Counted from the first letter of the stretch, positions 20,783 through 30,781 are shown. The stretch: DNA of 64,000 bases from a bacterium (GCA_965261595.1 CBDHDG010000006.1:1376001-1440000); one strand, 5' to 3'. The notes: a model not told the origin generated them from the letters alone. Translations and numbers: made by a program.

Positions 20783-21013
20783 CTATAGCAAGTCAAGAAA
20801 TTCCTCCACGGTCAGTCCGGATTTCCGGATAATTGAAAGAAGCGTTCCCCGCGCCATGTCTCGCGAGTGGTAGGGTATGGATACAATGATGCTTGGATTG
20901 GCAGGATGCTGAAAGAAGTAGTGGCTGCCTTTGATTCGCCGGAGAATAAAGCCTCTGCGTTCGAAGGCCTTGATGACTTTTCGGGGTGTGAGCGCCGGGA
21001 GTCGGCGACTCAT
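20783..21013 (-). CDS. hicA: HicA family toxin (mRNA interferase)
   Basis: MSRRLPALTPRKVIKAFERRGF...KGSH...SIPYH...GTLLSIIRKSGLTVEEF. Confidence 0.9.
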   Translation of the reverse strand: MSRRLPALTPRKVIKAFERRGFILRRIKGSHYFFQHPANPSIIVSIPYHSRDMARGTLLSIIRKSGLTVEEFLDLL

Positions 21014-21264
21014 GCGACTCGGAGGTGAACCGTTACCTTTTCCCGGGTGGGCGCGGCCCCGCGTTCCTCGCATAGCGGAATGGGGCGGCCGTCCTCATGA
21101 AGAATCTCCAGATAGCCCTCAATGGCCTCGGTTGCCATCGCCCGGGCTTCCTCCAACGTACGACCTTCCGTAACGAGACCGGGCAAAGCGGGACAGGTTA
21201 CGGTGTAACCGCCTTCTTCATTTGGCTCGAATATCACAGTATAGGTGTACTTCGTCGCTGTCAC
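21010..21264 (-). CDS. hicB: HicB family antitoxin (short form, no DNA-binding domain)
   Basis: YTVIFEPNEEGGYTVTCPALPGLVTEGRTLEEA...EAIEGYLE; GTG start with GAGGAG RBS; overlaps hicA by ATGA. Confidence 0.9.
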   Translation of the reverse strand: MTATKYTYTVIFEPNEEGGYTVTCPALPGLVTEGRTLEEARAMATEAIEGYLEILHEDGRPIPLCEERGAAPTREKVTVHLRVA

Positions 21265-21338
21265 GATTTTTCTCCTCGTTCCAGAAACTGAATATACCAC
21301 TCGAAAAGAAAAACGCCAGCGGAGATCTGACCCGCCCC

Positions 21339-22208
21339 CTAAAGTTGTACCACTTTTTGAGTTAGTCTCTGCTCCCCGATATCCGAAAGTGTAGGGATGC
21401 CCGGAGGCATTGGTTCGATGGCCTCCGGCGCCGGGGGCCGGTAGCCCAAGGCACTATGGGGCCTTACCCAGTTGTAGAGTTGTCGCCATCTCTCCACCAA
21501 CACCTTGGCCTCTGTCAGGGTGTAGAAGATCTCCCCGTTGAGCAGCTCATCGCGCAGCTTGCCGATGAAGGACTCCACATAGCCGTTCTCCCAGGGACTG
21601 CCCCGCTCGATGTAAAGCGTTCTCACCCCAAGACGGGTGAGCCACCCTCTCACCGCATTCGCCGTGAACTCCGCCCCGCTGTCCGAGCGGATATAAGCCG
21701 GCAGGCCACGCCGGACGAACAACTCGGTGAGGCGGTCCAGGACGTCCTCGGAGTTGAGTCTTCTCTCTACATCAAGGGCCAAGCACTCCCGGGTCAACTC
21801 ATCCATCACAGCCAGCATCCGTAAAGGCCGCCCATCGTGCGTCCTCGCGGCCAGGAAGTCGTAGGACCACACATGATTCCGATAAGACGGACGCTTGCGA
21901 ACACAAGAGCCGTCGTTCAGCCATAAACGCCCTCGCTTGGGCTGTCTCTTCGGCGCCTTCAGGCCTTCCTGGCGCCAGATCCGCTCCACCCCCTTGTGAT
22001 TCACTCGCCAGCCTTCTCTTTCCAACAGAGCCGTTATCCTCCGGTAGCCGTACCGTCCGTACTCGCTCGCCAGCTCTGTCACCCGCGCCACCAAACGCGC
22101 CTCATCGTCAGGGACCTGGGCAGAGCGCCGCTGAGTCGAGCGGGCCTGACCCAGCACCCGGCAGGCGCGACGTTCGGACACGCTCAGCTTCTCCCGCACA
22201 TGCTCCAT
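21339..22208 (-). CDS. IS3 transposase OrfB (fused to OrfA by -1 frameshift)
   Basis: YGYRRI, VWSYDF, IRSDSGAEF, SPWENGYVESF, RPHSALGY. Confidence 0.9.
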   Translation of the reverse strand: MEHVREKLSVSERRACRVLGQARSTQRRSAQVPDDEARLVARVTELASEYGRYGYRRITALLEREGWRVNHKGVERIWRQEGLKAPKRQPKRGRLWLNDGSCVRKRPSYRNHVWSYDFLAARTHDGRPLRMLAVMDELTRECLALDVERRLNSEDVLDRLTELFVRRGLPAYIRSDSGAEFTANAVRGWLTRLGVRTLYIERGSPWENGYVESFIGKLRDELLNGEIFYTLTEAKVLVERWRQLYNWVRPHSALGYRPPAPEAIEPMPPGIPTLSDIGEQRLTQKVVQL

Positions 22209-22231
22209 CGCCCGCCGCCGCGCAGGCGGGC

Positions 22232-22513
22232 TCAGAAGTTTCCCTGGGAGGCCTCCTTCAAGATGGCGTTATCCAGGGCCTGCTCGGCCACCAGCTTCTT
22301 TAGCCGGGCGTTTTCCTGCTCCAGTGTCTTCAGTCGTTTCGCCTGGTCCAGGCGCAGGCCTCCGTACTCCCGCCGCCACCGGTAATAGGTCTGCTCGGAG
22401 ATCCCCAGCGTCTTGCAGACCTGAGCCATCCTCTGCCCATTGGCCAACTCCACCTCGGCCTGACGAAGCTTGTGGATGATCTGCTCCGCGGTGAATCGCT
22501 TCCGACTCATCAC
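22232..22513 (-). CDS. IS3 transposase OrfA
   Basis: RKRFTAEQIIHKL...GISEQTYYRWRREYGG...LEQENARLKKLVA. Confidence 0.9.
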   Translation of the reverse strand: MMSRKRFTAEQIIHKLRQAEVELANGQRMAQVCKTLGISEQTYYRWRREYGGLRLDQAKRLKTLEQENARLKKLVAEQALDNAILKEASQGNF

Positions 22514-22599
22514 TGCCCCCTCTTCTAGGCCAATCCAGTCCCGAAAGCCGTGCGAAAATCCTAACTCTCAAACCGGACCGGTTTCAGGGGGGCAGGTCA

Positions 22600-22790
22600 G
22601 CACGGTCGCCAGTCTTTGGAAGGTGGACGATGACGCCACGTCTTTGCTGATGACCCGGTTCTATGCGGGAATCCGGGCAGGGCTTTCATTCACGGAGTCC
22701 TTACGCCAGGCGCAACTTTATCTCCTGAAGGATTCCAGGTTCCGCCATCCCCGATACTGGGCCGCCTGGAACCTGTATGGCAGACCTTAG
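22600..22790 (+). pseudogene. CHAT (caspase-like) domain C-terminal remnant truncated by the IS
   Basis: VASLWKVDDDATSLLMTRFY...SLRQAQL...HPRYWAAWNLYG starts right at the IS end. Confidence 0.85.
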
Positions 22791-22835
22791 GCTGGACTGG
22801 AGGACAAAATACGGGAACGTTCAGCGATTTCATTC

Positions 22836-23953
22836 ATGATGGGACGGGGTCTGATTTTGGGGCTGCTTCTCTCCCCATTGATGATGACGGCGACCTCGAA
22901 GGCCGAGACCCCCAAGAAAGATTACCCCTTCTTTATGACCGCCGAAAAAATCGCGGAGGAGCTCCTGAAACCGGTTGAAAGGGGATCAGGGAAAGAGCCG
23001 CGAGTCCCCCTCAACATCGAATTCGATTTCGACTCGGACCGAATCACTGCCAAGGCGAAGTCCCAGATGGATGAAGTCGCGAAGGCCCTCCGTCTCCCGG
23101 CCCTGATGCGGTATCGAATCAGGATTGAAGGCCACACGGACGACCGAGGCACAGAGGAATATAACCTGGGGCTTTCTGAGAGACGCGCCCGCCGGGTCAT
23201 GAGCGCACTGGCCAGAGGTTACAGCTTTAGGCCGGACCGGTTCGACGTCCGGTCTTACGGCGAATCCCGTCCGCTGATGACCGCACAAACGGATGAGGCG
23301 CGGGCGCGTAACCGAAGGGTGGAACTCGTCCGGTTGGAGCTTTTGGAAATCGAACGCCCGCCCAAGACGCTTACACCACGGCCCACGACAATCCCGAAAA
23401 CTGTTGAGATTGCCAAGAGAAGCCCGCGGCCAAGAAGGCGCGGCCATCCGCAAAATCGCCGATCCGTCCTCAAGTACCCAAAAAAGACGCGTCGCCCATG
23501 TTGAAACCGAAGCGGGTGGCCAAGGCGCCAGGGCCTTCCAGGCCTCCGATAACTCCCTCCACCCCCGGCGCGGGAAGGCGATTCGACCTCGTTTTATTGT
23601 GCGCGCCGCAAGACCCAATCTCCACGGAGACCGTTGAGATCCGGGCCCGGCTGATCACCCCAAAGCGACTCTTATCCGTGACAATTGTGGTCCACGTCAA
23701 TGAAACCAAGGTGATCGAGGAGGTCCTTTTCCTCCGGGAGAAATTTTCGCGAACCCGCAGCGTCAGCGTCCAGCGCGCGCCTTCCGGTTTTCAACCCGTC
23801 GACCTGCGACCTGCGACCTGCGACCTGCGACCTGCGACCTGCGACCTGCGAATCAGCGTGAATCTGGTCCCCGGCAAAAACAAGGTCAGAATCACCGCCG
23901 CCGGTGGAGGCGATATATTGACCAAGGAGCTTCGACTGGTCAGAGGCCGGTAA
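22836..23953 (+). pseudogene. OmpA-like domain + Pro/Lys linker + Ig-like C-terminal domain, frameshifted near 23420
   Basis: IEFDFDS, IEGHTDDRG...NLGLSERRA, RNRRVE. The second frame is open upstream as PAAKKARPSAKSPIRPQVPKK and joins 23498-23953. Confidence 0.75.
23800..23851 (+). repeat. Heptamer tandem repeat (CGACCTG)x7
   Basis: Seven perfect copies plus CGA inside the coding region (VDLRPATCDLRPATCDLR). Confidence 0.95.
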
Positions 23954-23955
23954 CA

Positions 23956-24783
23956 ATGAACGTTGAAAATCCAAGAAAATACCTGGGCGTCAGCGGCTGT
24001 ATTCGGGTCGCCATCGCGATTGCCTTCATCCATGTCACGGGTCTGCCACGTGTCGCGTTTGCCGCACAGGTTGAAACCGCCCATTACTCCATTGATTATC
24101 TAGGCATCACCCGACAAGAGGTCATCGAATTCGGGAAAAAAGCGGACAAAGCCTATGCCATCGTCAAGCGATTCGTCGGAAATCTTCCAAAACACGAGTT
24201 CATTCGGGTCCAGCGGGTCAAGATGGTCATCCGCCCGGAATTTCGAATTCCCAAGACCCTGATGTCCCTCTGGCGCGGCCAAAACCGGATGGAGATGCCC
24301 GTTCATCGGGTCCGGGACGGAAGGGCGCCCCTGATTCATGAGACGACGCATTCCCTGTCTCCAAGCCGAAACCGCTACCTGGTGGAAGGCCTGGCGGTTT
24401 ATCTGGGGGAGAAGTTCGGCACACTCAACGCCTTCCCTACGTTCGGCCGGACGGTGAAGACGCTCTTATGCGGTTCGATCAAGCAAGGGAACATGGTCCC
24501 CCTCGCGAAGCTCTTTATCGAGACCATCGACTACTACAACATCTTCTCGCGAGCCATGGTCGGCGCCTGGACCATGCGATTGGCCTACCTGGAAGGCGGG
24601 GCGCTGGTGAAACGCCTTTTGAACGACAAGAGATTCGGCCCCAATCCCGAAGCAAGAAAAATCTCCTTTTTCCGGCTGTTCAACGGAGAAGGCGATATCC
24701 AAGACATCTATCAAACGAAGCCCGGCCCGTTGGGGCAATATCTCATTCGACAGACTTGTCCGGAGATCGATCGCGGGAAATGA
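23956..24783 (+). CDS. Secreted protein with HExxH motif (gluzincin/peptidase MA-like)
   Basis: Signal peptide; LIHETTH...LVEGLAVYL. Confidence 0.6.
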   Translation: MNVENPRKYLGVSGCIRVAIAIAFIHVTGLPRVAFAAQVETAHYSIDYLGITRQEVIEFGKKADKAYAIVKRFVGNLPKHEFIRVQRVKMVIRPEFRIPKTLMSLWRGQNRMEMPVHRVRDGRAPLIHETTHSLSPSRNRYLVEGLAVYLGEKFGTLNAFPTFGRTVKTLLCGSIKQGNMVPLAKLFIETIDYYNIFSRAMVGAWTMRLAYLEGGALVKRLLNDKRFGPNPEARKISFFRLFNGEGDIQDIYQTKPGPLGQYLIRQTCPEIDRGK

Positions 24784-24841
24784 CCTGTTCACCGGACCGA
24801 TTAGCCCGCATTTCCCACAAAAAGGTGGTGAGAAACCCAGG

Positions 24842-25366
24842 TCAGAGTTTCCCGAATGTCGCGATATTGTCGATCTTGCATTCAAAGAGCACGCGCTTCT
24901 CATCGATCACCGGGTCGCGCAACCCGTAAGGCGGGTCCTGGCCCGTGTACTTTACCCAGATCTTGTCTGTCTGCCGGGTCGCGCGCTCCCCGCCCGGCTC
25001 TCCTTCCCGAATCTCATTTTCGACCGTGCATTTGATGCTCATCCAGTGGTACGGATTATCCGGGTTGACCATCATGATGGTCAGGCGCGGGTTTTTCCGA
25101 ATCCATCCGCACTTTGGCCGATGCGCGGCGGTGTTGACGAGGATCTTGTCCCCTTCGTAGTCGAACCACATCTGGGTGAGATTGATCCGGCCGTCCGGTC
25201 CGGTGATCCCGAGGGTCGCGGTGATGGGACGGTCCAGGAGGTCGCGATAAATCGGGTCCAGGCCGGCCAGACCGGAAACCCGCTTTTTCTCGCCGATCGA
25301 GAATTGCCCCTCCTGCGTTCCATCGGCAACGTGCTTGAAATCCGCGACAGTGAATCCTTCCGACAT
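24842..25366 (-). CDS. Pyridoxamine 5'-phosphate oxidase-like (PPOX/F420-dependent) protein
   Basis: ATLGITGPDG, MWFDYEGDKILVNT, K...NPR...VNPDNPY. Confidence 0.8.
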   Translation of the reverse strand: MSEGFTVADFKHVADGTQEGQFSIGEKKRVSGLAGLDPIYRDLLDRPITATLGITGPDGRINLTQMWFDYEGDKILVNTAAHRPKCGWIRKNPRLTIMMVNPDNPYHWMSIKCTVENEIREGEPGGERATRQTDKIWVKYTGQDPPYGLRDPVIDEKRVLFECKIDNIATFGKL

Positions 25367-25664
25367 GGCTCGCCCCCCTTCGTTTTCAAATTGTGCCGGC
25401 CGGCGCTTGGCCCTAATCTCAAAAACGCCCTTCCCATTTGCTCAATGGCGACAGTCTAGCAGAAATCCGCGTCCTGATATGTCCCGGCTCGGTTCGCGAG
25501 GGATATTCCAGGATGGACAAACCGGGGCGCACGGCGGCAAAATGACGTTTCACCTCGCAGCGGTTCGGTTCAGCGCGGCAGTCATCCGGCCATTACGTCT
25601 TCACGGAAGACCCGGCCGCTCACCCCTGAGCCGGAAGGACGTCCTTTCGAAAGGAGAACGCTCC

Positions 25665-26045
25665 ATGCCTTGGGAAGCCATCAAATCCGACAACCTCCCC
25701 GGCCACATCACCTGGATGACCCCCGCGGCGAAGGTGGGGAACATCGTCTTCGTCGGCGGTCAGGTCCCCCGCCACCCAAAGACCCTGGAGATCCCGAGCG
25801 ACATCCAGGGCCAAACCCGGCAGTGCATGGAGAACCTGAAGACCGTCGTCGAGGCTGGCGGCGGGAGCATGAGCGACTATATCCGGTTCACCGTCTACAT
25901 CACCGACATGAGCAACTGGGCGGACATGAACGTGGTCTACCGCGAGTACATCAACGAAGAGAAGTCCCCCGCGCGCCTGTGCTGTCAGACGGGTCTCAAC
26001 GCGGGTTACCTGGTCGAGATCGACGGCATCGCCGTCATCGACTGA
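25665..26045 (+). CDS. RidA/YjgF family protein
   Basis: VFVGGQVP, QTRQCMENL, MNVVY, PAR, LVEIDGIA; ATG 25665 with GGAG RBS. Confidence 0.9.
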   Translation: MPWEAIKSDNLPGHITWMTPAAKVGNIVFVGGQVPRHPKTLEIPSDIQGQTRQCMENLKTVVEAGGGSMSDYIRFTVYITDMSNWADMNVVYREYINEEKSPARLCCQTGLNAGYLVEIDGIAVID

Positions 26046-26174
26046 GCCCTTTCGAGGACGCTAACAACCGGGTTTCCACGGCGACGGCCCCGAGAGGAAT
26101 GGGCCGATCGCGCGACGACTGAAACCCCGCGCCGGATTCGCCTGACACGGCGCAATACGAAGGAGGACACTGGC

Positions 26175-26612
26175 ATGCCACCACCTACCCGCTTGACGGG
26201 CCTTCACCACATTACTTTGGTCACCCGCGACATGGACCAGATGCTACGCTTTCTGACCGACGTCGTGGGACTCGGGCTCGTCCTGGACGACATCAACCAG
26301 GACGCGCCCGAACAGAAGCACTACTTCTTCGGCGACGAGAAAGGAAGTCCCGGCACGCTGGTGACGTTCTTCGAGATCCCGGACCTGGACGACAACCGTC
26401 TCGGCGCGGGGGGGATGCATCACATCGCCCTCGGCGTGGAAGAGGAGGACGACCTGCGGGCCCAGATCGCGGTCCTCGACGAGAAAGGAATCGGCCACTC
26501 GGGCATCGTCGACCGGGGAAAATGGAAGGCCCCCTATTTCAAGGGGCCGGAGGGTCTGCTCTTCGAGCTGGCCACGCGGGGACCCGACATCGGGGCCGGT
26601 GCGGCGTCATGA
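26175..26612 (+). CDS. VOC/glyoxalase family protein (single-domain, MhqO-like half)
   Basis: GLHHITL, VTFFE, GGMHHIAL, LFELAT. Confidence 0.85.
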   Translation: MPPPTRLTGLHHITLVTRDMDQMLRFLTDVVGLGLVLDDINQDAPEQKHYFFGDEKGSPGTLVTFFEIPDLDDNRLGAGGMHHIALGVEEEDDLRAQIAVLDEKGIGHSGIVDRGKWKAPYFKGPEGLLFELATRGPDIGAGAAS

Positions 26613-26646
26613 CGCCGGACGGACGACGAACAGAAGGAACCGGTTG

Positions 26647-27804
26647 ATGGGTCCCGGCCTGTCCGGACGGATCGCCCTGCCGGGAATCGGCGAGACGGCC
26701 ATCGGAACGCTCCCGGGGCGGACCTACCTCCAGCTTCAGGCCGAGGCGGTCCTCGCCGCGATCGAGGACGCGGGCCTCCGCCGCGAGGACGTGGACGCGG
26801 TCTTCACCAACCTGCCCATCCGCAACCCCACCTCGATGTCCGTCGAGCACCTGATCGAATACCTCCGCCTCCCCGCCCGGGTCGCCTCGACGATGGACGC
26901 CCACGGCGCGGGCGCCCTCCTTCAGATCCAGCACGCGGCGGCCATGATCGCCGCCGGACTCTGCCGCGTCGCGGTCTGTGTCGTGGCGCGGGACGACCGG
27001 ATCGGGCGCGGCCGGCCGCGCAGGTCAAGCCTTCTCATGGGGACCGAGGACGAGGCCGACCTCTACGGCGCGGGAAGCCCCCCCGTCCAGTACGCCCTCG
27101 CGGCCCGCCGCCACATGCACGAATACGGGACGACGAGCCGGCAGTTCGGCGCCGTCGCCGTCGCCATGCGCCGCCACGCCGCCCTGAACCCCAACGCCCA
27201 GATGCGGGAGACCATGACGCTCGACGACCATCAGTCCTCCCCCCGGGTGGTGGACCCCCTCCGCCTGCTCGATTGCTGCCAGGTCTCCGACGCGGGGGGG
27301 GCGGTGGTGGTCGTCTCGGCGGAGCGCGCGCGGGACCTGCGCCGCCGCCCGGTCCTCCTGCGCGGCATGGCCGAGGCCCACACCCACCGGAGCGCCGGCC
27401 AGGCCCCCGGCCTCACGACCCTCGGATCGGCGGACGCAGCCGGGCGGGTGTACGCCATGGCCGGCCTGACCCCCGGGGACGTGGACTTCGCCGAAATCTA
27501 CGACTGCTTCACGTACGCCGTCATTGTCCAGCTCGAGGACTACGGCTTCTGTCCCAAGGGCGAAGGGGGGGGATTCGTCGAGGACGGACGGATCGAGCTC
27601 GGGGGGGACCTGCCCGTGAACACCCATGGGGGCCTCCTCTCGCAGGGTCACGCCGACGGGATGTTCCACGTGACCGAGGCCGTCCGGCAGCTTCGGGAGA
27701 CAGCGGGAGAGAGGCAGGTTCCCGGCGCCGAGGTCGCCCTCGTGACAGGCGTCGGCGGCGCGCCCTTCGGCGCCTTTGGAAGCCTCATTCTGACGAAGGA
27801 TTGA
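26647..27804 (+). CDS. SCP-x/Ltp2-type thiolase family protein
   Basis: GIGET, HAALNPNA, PLRLLDCCQVSD, EIYDCF, NTHGGLLS, EAVRQLR. Confidence 0.88.
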   Translation: MGPGLSGRIALPGIGETAIGTLPGRTYLQLQAEAVLAAIEDAGLRREDVDAVFTNLPIRNPTSMSVEHLIEYLRLPARVASTMDAHGAGALLQIQHAAAMIAAGLCRVAVCVVARDDRIGRGRPRRSSLLMGTEDEADLYGAGSPPVQYALAARRHMHEYGTTSRQFGAVAVAMRRHAALNPNAQMRETMTLDDHQSSPRVVDPLRLLDCCQVSDAGGAVVVVSAERARDLRRRPVLLRGMAEAHTHRSAGQAPGLTTLGSADAAGRVYAMAGLTPGDVDFAEIYDCFTYAVIVQLEDYGFCPKGEGGGFVEDGRIELGGDLPVNTHGGLLSQGHADGMFHVTEAVRQLRETAGERQVPGAEVALVTGVGGAPFGAFGSLILTKD

Positions 27805-27808
27805 ACAC

Positions 27809-28225
27809 ATGCCTTCTGATGCCCGTCCCCTCCCCGTCCCGGACGCCGATTCGACCGAATTTTGGGAGACCCGCCAAGGCCAAGCGCTCAGACTGCAACG
27901 TTGCCTGGATTGCGGGACCTTCAGGCATTACCCCCGCGCCTACTGCCCCGATTGCCTCTCGTCCGAAACGGAGTGGGTGGCCGCTTCCGGACGGGGGACC
28001 GTCTACTCCTTCGCCGTCGTTCACCGGGCCTTCCATCCCGCGTTCAAAGATGATGTCCCCTATGTCGTAGCCCTGATCGACCTGGAGGAAGGCCCCCGGA
28101 TGCTGTCCGATCTGCGGGACTGCCCGCCGGAGGACGCGGCGATCGAAATGCCGGTGGAAGTCTTTTTCGAGGATGTCCCCGGAAGCCTCTCGATCCCACA
28201 CTTCCGTCCCGCCAAAGCCTCTTGA
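27809..28225 (+). CDS. DUF35 Zn-ribbon/OB-fold protein
   Basis: LQRCLDCG...YPRAYCPDC, SGRGTVYSF, PYVVALIDLEEGPR. Confidence 0.9.
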   Translation: MPSDARPLPVPDADSTEFWETRQGQALRLQRCLDCGTFRHYPRAYCPDCLSSETEWVAASGRGTVYSFAVVHRAFHPAFKDDVPYVVALIDLEEGPRMLSDLRDCPPEDAAIEMPVEVFFEDVPGSLSIPHFRPAKAS

Positions 28226-28376
28226 GGTTCGTCTCCGCCGTCGAAAGAGAGAATCGGACATGACAGAGGACCGTGCTTCCGCCGGGCGGCCCGCAATCAA
28301 CCCTGATGGGTCCAAAGCCTGTTTCCAGTTCGGATCTCCTCCCCACACTCCATGGAACGTTCCGAATATTTAAGAA

Positions 28377-28405
28377 TTGACATAGAGAAAGATTGTCATA
28401 ACAAT
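28377..28405 (+). promoter_or_regulatory. Candidate promoter/operator upstream of the ABC transporter
   Basis: TTGACA-N17-AACAAT overlapping a TGACA...TGTCA inverted motif. Confidence 0.35.
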
Positions 28406-28491
28406 GGTCGGCTCTCGGTCATTTTTCGGGGTTGCGATTTCCGCCCGGCTCCCGTCATTGAATCCTTGACGGTCAGGGGAGGAACAACGAA

Positions 28492-29715
28492 ATGAAGGGC
28501 ATTCAAAGGAACCTCAGAAAACCGCGCCTGTGGGGACTTTCGGTCCTCCTCGCGCTTGTGCTGGTCTGGCCGGCCTTGTCGGGCGGTCCGTCGGCCCGGG
28601 CGGCGGAGATGGTGAAGATCGGCGCGGTGGCGCCGAAATCCGGACCCCTGGGGGCCGGCGCCGCAATCACACACTGGCCCAACATCAAGCTCTGGGTCAC
28701 ACAGGTCAACGCGAGGGGTGGGCTGAAGCTCAAGAGCGGCCGGGCGAAGATCAAGCTCATCGAATACGACGACCGGACCAACCCCGGCGAGACCATCAAG
28801 GCGGTGCAGCGGCTGGCGACCCAGGACAAGGTGGACTTCATCCTCGCGCCCTACGGATCGGGCCTCAACCTCGCGGCGGCGCCGATCTTCGCCAAATACG
28901 GCTACCCGCAGATCACCTCGACAACGATCACCGACAAGTCCGACGTGCTCACCAAACGCTACCCCGGCATCTTCTTCACCCTCGGCAGCACCACGTCGTT
29001 CGCCGGCGCGGTCGCCGAGATCCTCAAGAAGATGAAGGACGAGGGGAAGATCGGCAACCGTGTCGCCATGGTCAATGTGGCCGACGCTTTCGGGATCGAG
29101 CTGGCCAACGCCGCCCGCCCGATCTTCAAGCGGGCCGGCTTCCAGATCGTCTACGACAAGTCCTATCCGCTCGGCACGCGGGACCTTTCGCCGGTGATCA
29201 AGGGCGCCAATCCGGACGCCTTCGTCGCTTGGTCCTATCCGCCCGACACCTTCGGGCTGACGGCGCAGGCCAAGATCAACGGGCTCAACGTCAAGGCCTT
29301 CTACACCGCGGTCGCAACCGCCTTCCCCGCCTATCTCGGAAAGTTCGGCAAGTCGATCGAAGGCGTCCTCGGCGCCAGCGGCGTCAACCCAGACACGCCC
29401 GAGATGAAGGCCTATTTCAAGGCCCACAAGGAAGTGAACGGCAAACCCGCCGATTACTGGGCGTCCGCCATGGTCTATGCAACCTATCAGATCCTCGAGA
29501 AGGCCATCGAAGGCGTCGGATCGACGGACCGCAAAGCGGTGACGGCCTATATCAAAAACAACACCTTCGATACGGTCGTGGGCCCGATCAAGTTCGTCAA
29601 TCAGAACAACGAGAAGTTCTGGACGGTCGGCCAGTGGCAGAACGGGGTGTTCTACGGCGTGAGCTCCACCGGCCGCCCGGGGGCCAAGCCGGTCAAGCTC
29701 AAGTCGGGCTGGTAA
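28492..29715 (+). CDS. Branched-chain amino acid-type ABC substrate-binding protein
   Basis: Signal peptide, VKIGAVAPKSG, VNARGGL, YDD, VDFILAPYGS. Confidence 0.9.
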   Translation: MKGIQRNLRKPRLWGLSVLLALVLVWPALSGGPSARAAEMVKIGAVAPKSGPLGAGAAITHWPNIKLWVTQVNARGGLKLKSGRAKIKLIEYDDRTNPGETIKAVQRLATQDKVDFILAPYGSGLNLAAAPIFAKYGYPQITSTTITDKSDVLTKRYPGIFFTLGSTTSFAGAVAEILKKMKDEGKIGNRVAMVNVADAFGIELANAARPIFKRAGFQIVYDKSYPLGTRDLSPVIKGANPDAFVAWSYPPDTFGLTAQAKINGLNVKAFYTAVATAFPAYLGKFGKSIEGVLGASGVNPDTPEMKAYFKAHKEVNGKPADYWASAMVYATYQILEKAIEGVGSTDRKAVTAYIKNNTFDTVVGPIKFVNQNNEKFWTVGQWQNGVFYGVSSTGRPGAKPVKLKSGW

Positions 29716-29914
29716 TTTCCACGCGGATACGCCCGGCGCGGGCATGACGGCCGCGCCGGGCGTTGACCGTTGCTGAATAGAAATACACCGTGGGTGACCT
29801 CTCCCCCCTCCAGGGGGGAGGGTTAGCGGGGGGGGGGGGGATGCCGCCTCACGCACCGTCCGCGAACTCAAGAACGGCCATTCCCGGCGGCCACGGGATC
29901 AAATCACGACCATC

Positions 29915-30781
29915 ATGGACCTCATCATCACCGGATTGCTGCTGGGCGGCATCTACGCCCTGATCGCGATGGGGCTGCAGCTTCAATGCGGTGTCGCGAG
30001 GATCATGAACCTGGCCAACGGGGAGATCCTGGTGGCCGGCGCGTTCGGCGCGTTCTGGTTCTACACCAGCGCCCGGTTGAGTCCGTTCCTGTCGATCGTC
30101 TTCGTTGCACCGCTCGCCTTCGTCCTGAACTGGGCGATCTACCGGTACTTGATGCAGCCGCTGGTCAGCCGCGCCAAGAGCCATGGCCAGCTCGACGTCG
30201 ACAGCATCCTGGCGACGTTCGGCTTGAGCTTCATCATGGTCGGGATCATGCTGGCCGTATTCGGCGGCGAGTATTTCAGCTATTCCTATCTCGAGCGGCC
30301 GTACACGATCCTGGGCCAGCCTTACGGCCTCAACCGGATCGCCGCGTTCCTGATGTCCGCGGCGATCGGCCTCGCCCTCTACATCTGGCTCAACCGGACC
30401 CGGACCGGGTTGTCCTTGCGCGCGGTCGCCGTCAATCCGATGGCGGCCGGGCTCGTCGGCATCAACGTGCCGCGGGCCTCGGCGCTGGCCTTTGCGCTGG
30501 GCGGCGCCGTGACCGCGGCCGGCGGCGCCTCGATCAGCGCATTCCTGACAACCGACGCCTCGATCGGCATCATCTTCACGCTGAAGGCGTTGATCATCGT
30601 CATCATGGGCGGGGTGGCCGAGATCAGGGGCGCCATCGCCGCCGCGTTCATCCTCGGCCTCGCCGAGACCGCGGTCGCCAGCCTGATCGATCCCGGGCTG
30701 ACCCTGGCCGCGGCCTACCTGCTGTTCATCATCGTCCTGCTGTTGAAGCCCGAGGGCCTGTTCGGAAGGCGGGCATCTTGA
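29915..30781 (+). CDS. livH: LivH-type ABC permease
   Basis: GLLLGGIYALIAMG, IMNLANGE, LLLKPEGLFG. Confidence 0.88.
   Translation: MDLIITGLLLGGIYALIAMGLQLQCGVARIMNLANGEILVAGAFGAFWFYTSARLSPFLSIVFVAPLAFVLNWAIYRYLMQPLVSRAKSHGQLDVDSILATFGLSFIMVGIMLAVFGGEYFSYSYLERPYTILGQPYGLNRIAAFLMSAAIGLALYIWLNRTRTGLSLRAVAVNPMAAGLVGINVPRASALAFALGGAVTAAGGASISAFLTTDASIGIIFTLKALIIVIMGGVAEIRGAIAAAFILGLAETAVASLIDPGLTLAAAYLLFIIVLLLKPEGLFGRRAS

Larger units (their letters stand above)
21328..22599 (-). mobile_element. IS3 family insertion sequence (IS407-like group)
   Basis: Ends TGACCCGCCCCCTAAA / reverse complement TGACCTGCCCCCCTGAAA; orfA-orfB with GGGAAAC slippery site (22238-22244); no target duplication visible. 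Confidence 0.9.

Noticed and set aside
20783..21264. Reversed hicB-hicA order as a novelty
   Set aside because: Short HicB upstream of HicA is a known, common arrangement
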